A stretch of DNA of 62,366 nt, the filler included. It is 6 parts of 6 records of this genome, joined end to end, with 100 filler letters (N's around TTAATTAATTAA, not from the genome) between each part and the next. Parts side by side here need not be neighbours in the genome. Positions count along the whole stretch, not along the records: positions 56,006 to 62,366 come from SRR20825019_640; 5 more parts are not named here. The stretch is one strand, 5' to 3'. Below are positions 59,801 to 62,366 of the stretch, piece after piece (position 1 is the first letter of the stretch; every line of letters begins with the position of its first letter). The translations under genes and the position numbers were made by a program. The notes beneath the pieces were generated by a model. It was not told where the DNA came from. It searched no databases and worked only from the letters and a program-made list of their open reading frames with translations.

Positions 59801-62000
59801 CCACGTTCTCATGTCGCATTACATGCGAGTGGCAATTAAACGATACAAGCAATTGATTTGCAAGGACAACTTCAATGACACCCCCATACGGCTCTATTAT
59901 TTCAATACAGCGGCTCAGGAAGGTCTTGATCAAGTCCTCCAGACTCACTTGAACTCGGTACAAGGAGCTGGTCGCGATGGGTAGATTTCCAACATCAACT
60001 AGTAGTAGTGATCCGTTATACGTAGAGAAGACATCCATTGGCTTCTCACTAAAATCGGAGTCGGAGTCTTCTTGATTTTCTTCATCATCATCATCATCAT
60101 CATTGGCGTTGTTGTTGTTGTCTAGGAGGGTCTGTGGTTTTATCTTCTTGTGTCGTGAGGATGAGGCTGTTGCATCCAGTAACATGGCTGAGGGGAGGAA
60201 GGAGCGATACGCCCGTAAATTATTGATGATGATACTGAATTGTTGTTCCATGGGCCTGGGGGCGTTGCTACTACATTTGCGATCTGATTGCGCCTTTGCG
60301 ATGGCGACATCAGCAGCATCGACGTCGTACCTCGATATACGCTCCGCCAGTGTCGCTACCAGCACCACCGTCTGACTGGCCTCCAACAGCGACGCAAACC
60401 CTGCCACAGTCAGTACAAGGCACCCGATTGCGATCACAACGGCGCTTATTGTGACGATGACAATGACATCGCGTTTAAGGGTTCCAAGGACGTCCTCCTC
60501 TCGAAGCGAAAAGGTTGCAATAACGCGAGTAGAACCCGAATCGAGGATTGCCTTGACAACAAGGAGGTACCGAATCCCATCCTGCTCAAACCACTGCTGT
60601 CGGATCGTGTCACTCTTCGCCATAATCAACCCCCCATGCTGTCCGAACAAACCACGGACAAACGCAGAGGGGTGACTGGTTGCGAAGAATTGCTCGCAGG
60701 GCCGATTTACACTACCAGGGACGCTATTTGTGGTGCAGTTGGCTAGTCGACTATCGCCATATGGGTCCTTGTTATACCCGATCACTCGAACAAGGCCATC
60801 AACTAAAATCAGATGACCATTATCGCCTCCGACGGATCGAACATAATGAGAAAGGATGTCTTGGTATGCCCCCGCCGACACGAACTTCGTCACAATAATA
60901 GTAAGATTATTGAGGGGGTGTATGAAGGCGCGGCGGTACAAAAGGTAGTAGTAGGAGCGACCAAGGGGGGTAGTAGTGACGACGACGGGATTCCAAATAC
61001 CCTCAAATGCTGAACCGTTTCGATTAAACACTAAGGATGAACTCGTGCGATACGGAGTCGCATCTGTAGTAAAATGCTGGAGCTGGCTTGGATTACGAGT
61101 GTCGGCGGCGTGGGGGGTTGTCGATGAGCCGTCATATATATCTGATGTAGACCATGAGGGGGCTGTGAGCTGGGTGCGATTTACCCGATAGGCAGCAGTA
61201 AAGGTTGTGTTAACGTTATCATATGAGTACAAGTAGCGATACTCATCTACTTCGTTTTCAACTGCAACATTGTGATCACGTACTAAACCAAATTCTGCAT
61301 TTTCTGTAAAAAGTGGATCGATTCCTCCAGGACGTCGACAGAAGCTTGGGCAGGTGTTGTGTGCTCCTAGTTCCTGTGGGGTGGAGTATTGATTTGTTGG
61401 AACAGGAGGGCCCATGATCGAGATGACAGAACCCATTAAGTCATACTTTTCCTGAGTTCGTAACGCAATAATGCGATACAGTGTCTTATTCATACTTGCT
61501 AGCGCCTCTACAGGGGATGTTGATGAATTACCGGCCTTCATAATCTGCAAGCCGGTTGCCTGGTTGATACGCTTTGCTTTGGTGTTGTAGGTATCGATGG
61601 CGTCGATGCCGCCTTGGAGTAGAATACCAGCTCGGTCCTCCACCATCCTGTCGACGCTCCGATTAAGAATTGCATTCTCCGAAATCACAACAACAGCTAC
61701 AACGGTAATGGTCATTACGAGACCTACTGCTGCAAATATCCATGGACGAGCAGATATGCATCGGTTGTTGTTGTTGTTGTTGTTTGTGGTGGTTGTGTGC
61801 TGAGCTGGATGAGTGCTGCTTCGGCAATGACTGTTGTTGTTGTGGTGGTTGTTGTTGTGAGAGGGTGCGATAATGATATCATCGTCACCAGGTTCTCCCT
61901 CAAATCGAAAAGACAGCGTTGTTGGGATGTTCTCTTCTGTTGGTGGGACTACCACTACAGCAGGCCCCGAAGGAGGAGTAGTGATGAATGTGTGGGGCAT
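56817..62000 (-). CDS. membrane receptor-like protein: TM - extracellular domain - TM - degenerate class III cyclase-like domain - STE-like (pseudo)kinase
   Basis: Two hydrophobic segments; LRAYRSFLP linker; YGGVIEVV...SFN...ACRCA cyclase fold; VSMK, EVQLLSSLNHPNI, HRDVRPENIL, NFG, YTAPE, SDIYSLG, RPTA. Confidence 0.85.
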   Translation of the reverse strand: MPHTFITTPPSGPAVVVVPPTEENIPTTLSFRFEGEPGDDDIIIAPSHNNNHHNNNSHCRSSTHPAQHTTTTNNNNNNNRCISARPWIFAAVGLVMTITVVAVVVISENAILNRSVDRMVEDRAGILLQGGIDAIDTYNTKAKRINQATGLQIMKAGNSSTSPVEALASMNKTLYRIIALRTQEKYDLMGSVISIMGPPVPTNQYSTPQELGAHNTCPSFCRRPGGIDPLFTENAEFGLVRDHNVAVENEVDEYRYLYSYDNVNTTFTAAYRVNRTQLTAPSWSTSDIYDGSSTTPHAADTRNPSQLQHFTTDATPYRTSSSLVFNRNGSAFEGIWNPVVVTTTPLGRSYYYLLYRRAFIHPLNNLTIIVTKFVSAGAYQDILSHYVRSVGGDNGHLILVDGLVRVIGYNKDPYGDSRLANCTTNSVPGSVNRPCEQFFATSHPSAFVRGLFGQHGGLIMAKSDTIRQQWFEQDGIRYLLVVKAILDSGSTRVIATFSLREEDVLGTLKRDVIVIVTISAVVIAIGCLVLTVAGFASLLEASQTVVLVATLAERISRYDVDAADVAIAKAQSDRKCSSNAPRPMEQQFSIIINNLRAYRSFLPSAMLLDATASSSRHKKIKPQTLLDNNNNANDDDDDDEENQEDSDSDFSEKPMDVFSTYNGSLLLVDVGNLPIATSSLYRVQVSLEDLIKTFLSRCIEIIEPYGGVIEVVLANQLLVSFNCHSHVMRHENVACRCAMELQRSLVAGEAWCFSRMNVAISVTSGSGLVGSAGSSLVKARMIAGEPIDLIRRLPALQRMLGVGVLATESTICGLEAPSTTRSVRPSTLLYVPVDIISPTWMQGNRTNEIIIYELLGDSSSSSLSSTLTTTATTTITSFPRMEGGVEGDYSSSDQQQQQQIQIQQKQEESQLRQQQLEEEVKIRTSAFTALYKNHDFKTCATLISKMAPELQAQFSSGRMDALCLATPPLLQRQLQHQQNISSSSKNRRNDAAISKYLSRRELPWEELEGTTFYHQHTADPAAFHCSVTTTINNSSTTTTNNNNASLSTSANHYTNNKGGNNNTNTSNMAMSVSALVRTMPPKHYTQHHYYPLSKQTNRTTTPTTSPNPSSPIGMASISNHHQSFINNHHAKNNASTTTTSVVAAAAASISSPTTAPPLLDIDLFIMGSETDVGKPPRGGPSSSPLVIRGGGGGGGSNSCDASRELPSDYTRRIVSRNGSNIVGGGGNVLSGGVGRTTSLRSGSSSGTGGGGAASGSMTIYHYAPSPHGGGGSNNSMACSISRLFEASYNHQSMILSSSNIVVEDGDGGGLINNSSISQSRYVVAMSGDKYYPSTQKINTKQHVSTSSTTTGTASKGPPPTTTTTTTTLALHETGGLVSMKSISLPDNNIDDGKNNGITIDALTGEVQLLSSLNHPNIASYVTCAVNAVDGEFYIMTEYLAAGSLKDLIRESLPHGLPLQLIIKYACEIAAGLHYLHTRTPSILHRDVRPENILMTSTGSCRLVNFGTSHIITNNNNSSAFSSSPHTTTTTTSPTTNVVVNTSTPTMHQDNTSSTITTTAPPTSSSQSLLGINQADVVVASSAFPYTAPEILAQHQGVGGGNIVHTPASDIYSLGITILQMFLHQNDDGGGLKPMNVNVNDPSIYTTTPPPAAATTSTSAASVEGGVTTTTVIVGTLPSKTSSTTINKNIHQHLIGPPHLAPLLTQCTAINPADRPTAKSLLTSLTQI

Positions 62001-62340
62001 TGTGCTTTTTTAATGGATAACAATAATGAAGAATAGACACCACTATTACAATATCGCTAGGAGGGAGGTTTACGAAGTTAAATAATAATAACATGGCAAT
62101 ACACACACACATTAAACCATAATGTTTAGAGAATATAACAGTGCAGTAGAGTAGTTAAAAGTACGTTTTTTACAGTTGCATTTTAGCAGCGGGGCGACGC
62201 TTTATTTCATTACAACCCCCCCTCCCCAGATACAGTTGCATTATCTGAACTACCATTCTTGCAATGCTTGTGGGTGATGAGGTAGACACTACTATTACTA
62301 CTACTACTACTTGTAATGGTAATGTGTGACACGGGGTAGT

Positions 62341-62366
62341 GGGGGAAACAATCAACAGCACCAGGG
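62341..62366 (+). repeat. terminal direct repeat of contig 6, copy 2
   Basis: GGGGGAAACAATCAACAGCACCAGGG. Confidence 0.9.

Noticed and set aside
57900-61860. GTA/GTT/TCA trinucleotide runs as functional repeats
   Set aside because: They encode poly-Thr/Asn/Asp low-complexity tracts found throughout this organism's proteins

Overview
This window is not one natural locus. It is six contigs joined by an artificial 100-bp spacer (44 N + TTAATTAATTAA + 44 N) at 18425, 24494, 34667, 41252 and 55906. Contigs 1 (1-18424), 4 (34767-41251) and 6 (56006-62366) are eukaryotic and kinetoplastid-like: intronless, every gene on one strand, AT-rich spacers with polypyrimidine tracts. They encode a giant cullin, NPL4, RNA polymerase I largest subunit, a BspA-like LRR protein, an FHA protein, a PAM2-motif protein, an SLC35B-type transporter and a membrane cyclase-like/pseudokinase fusion. 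Contig 2 (18525-24493) is a Rhizobiaceae-like alphaproteobacterium (sugar catabolism, ridA/tetR, truB, rbfA). Contigs 3 and 5 are a higher-GC alphaproteobacterium, probably Devosia-like (apt, MFS/TetR, TerC, ychF, uvrB, PadR module, TRAP, tdk). Best candidates for undescribed biology: (1) three tandem secreted SH3b + beta/gamma-crystallin-like paralogues and two DUF2147-like genes, with a shared GTTCAG-N5-GTTCAG upstream repeat at three promoters; (2) an unannotated ~170-nt multi-hairpin RNA with repeated C-rich loops and an orphan terminator upstream of tdk; (3) a triple ATACG-N3-CGTAT TetR operator architecture shared by two bacterial contigs that control different targets; (4) an apparently tandem-arrayed kinetoplastid receptor whose cyclase and kinase domains both look catalytically degenerate. 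All family and taxon calls come from motif recognition, not database searches.
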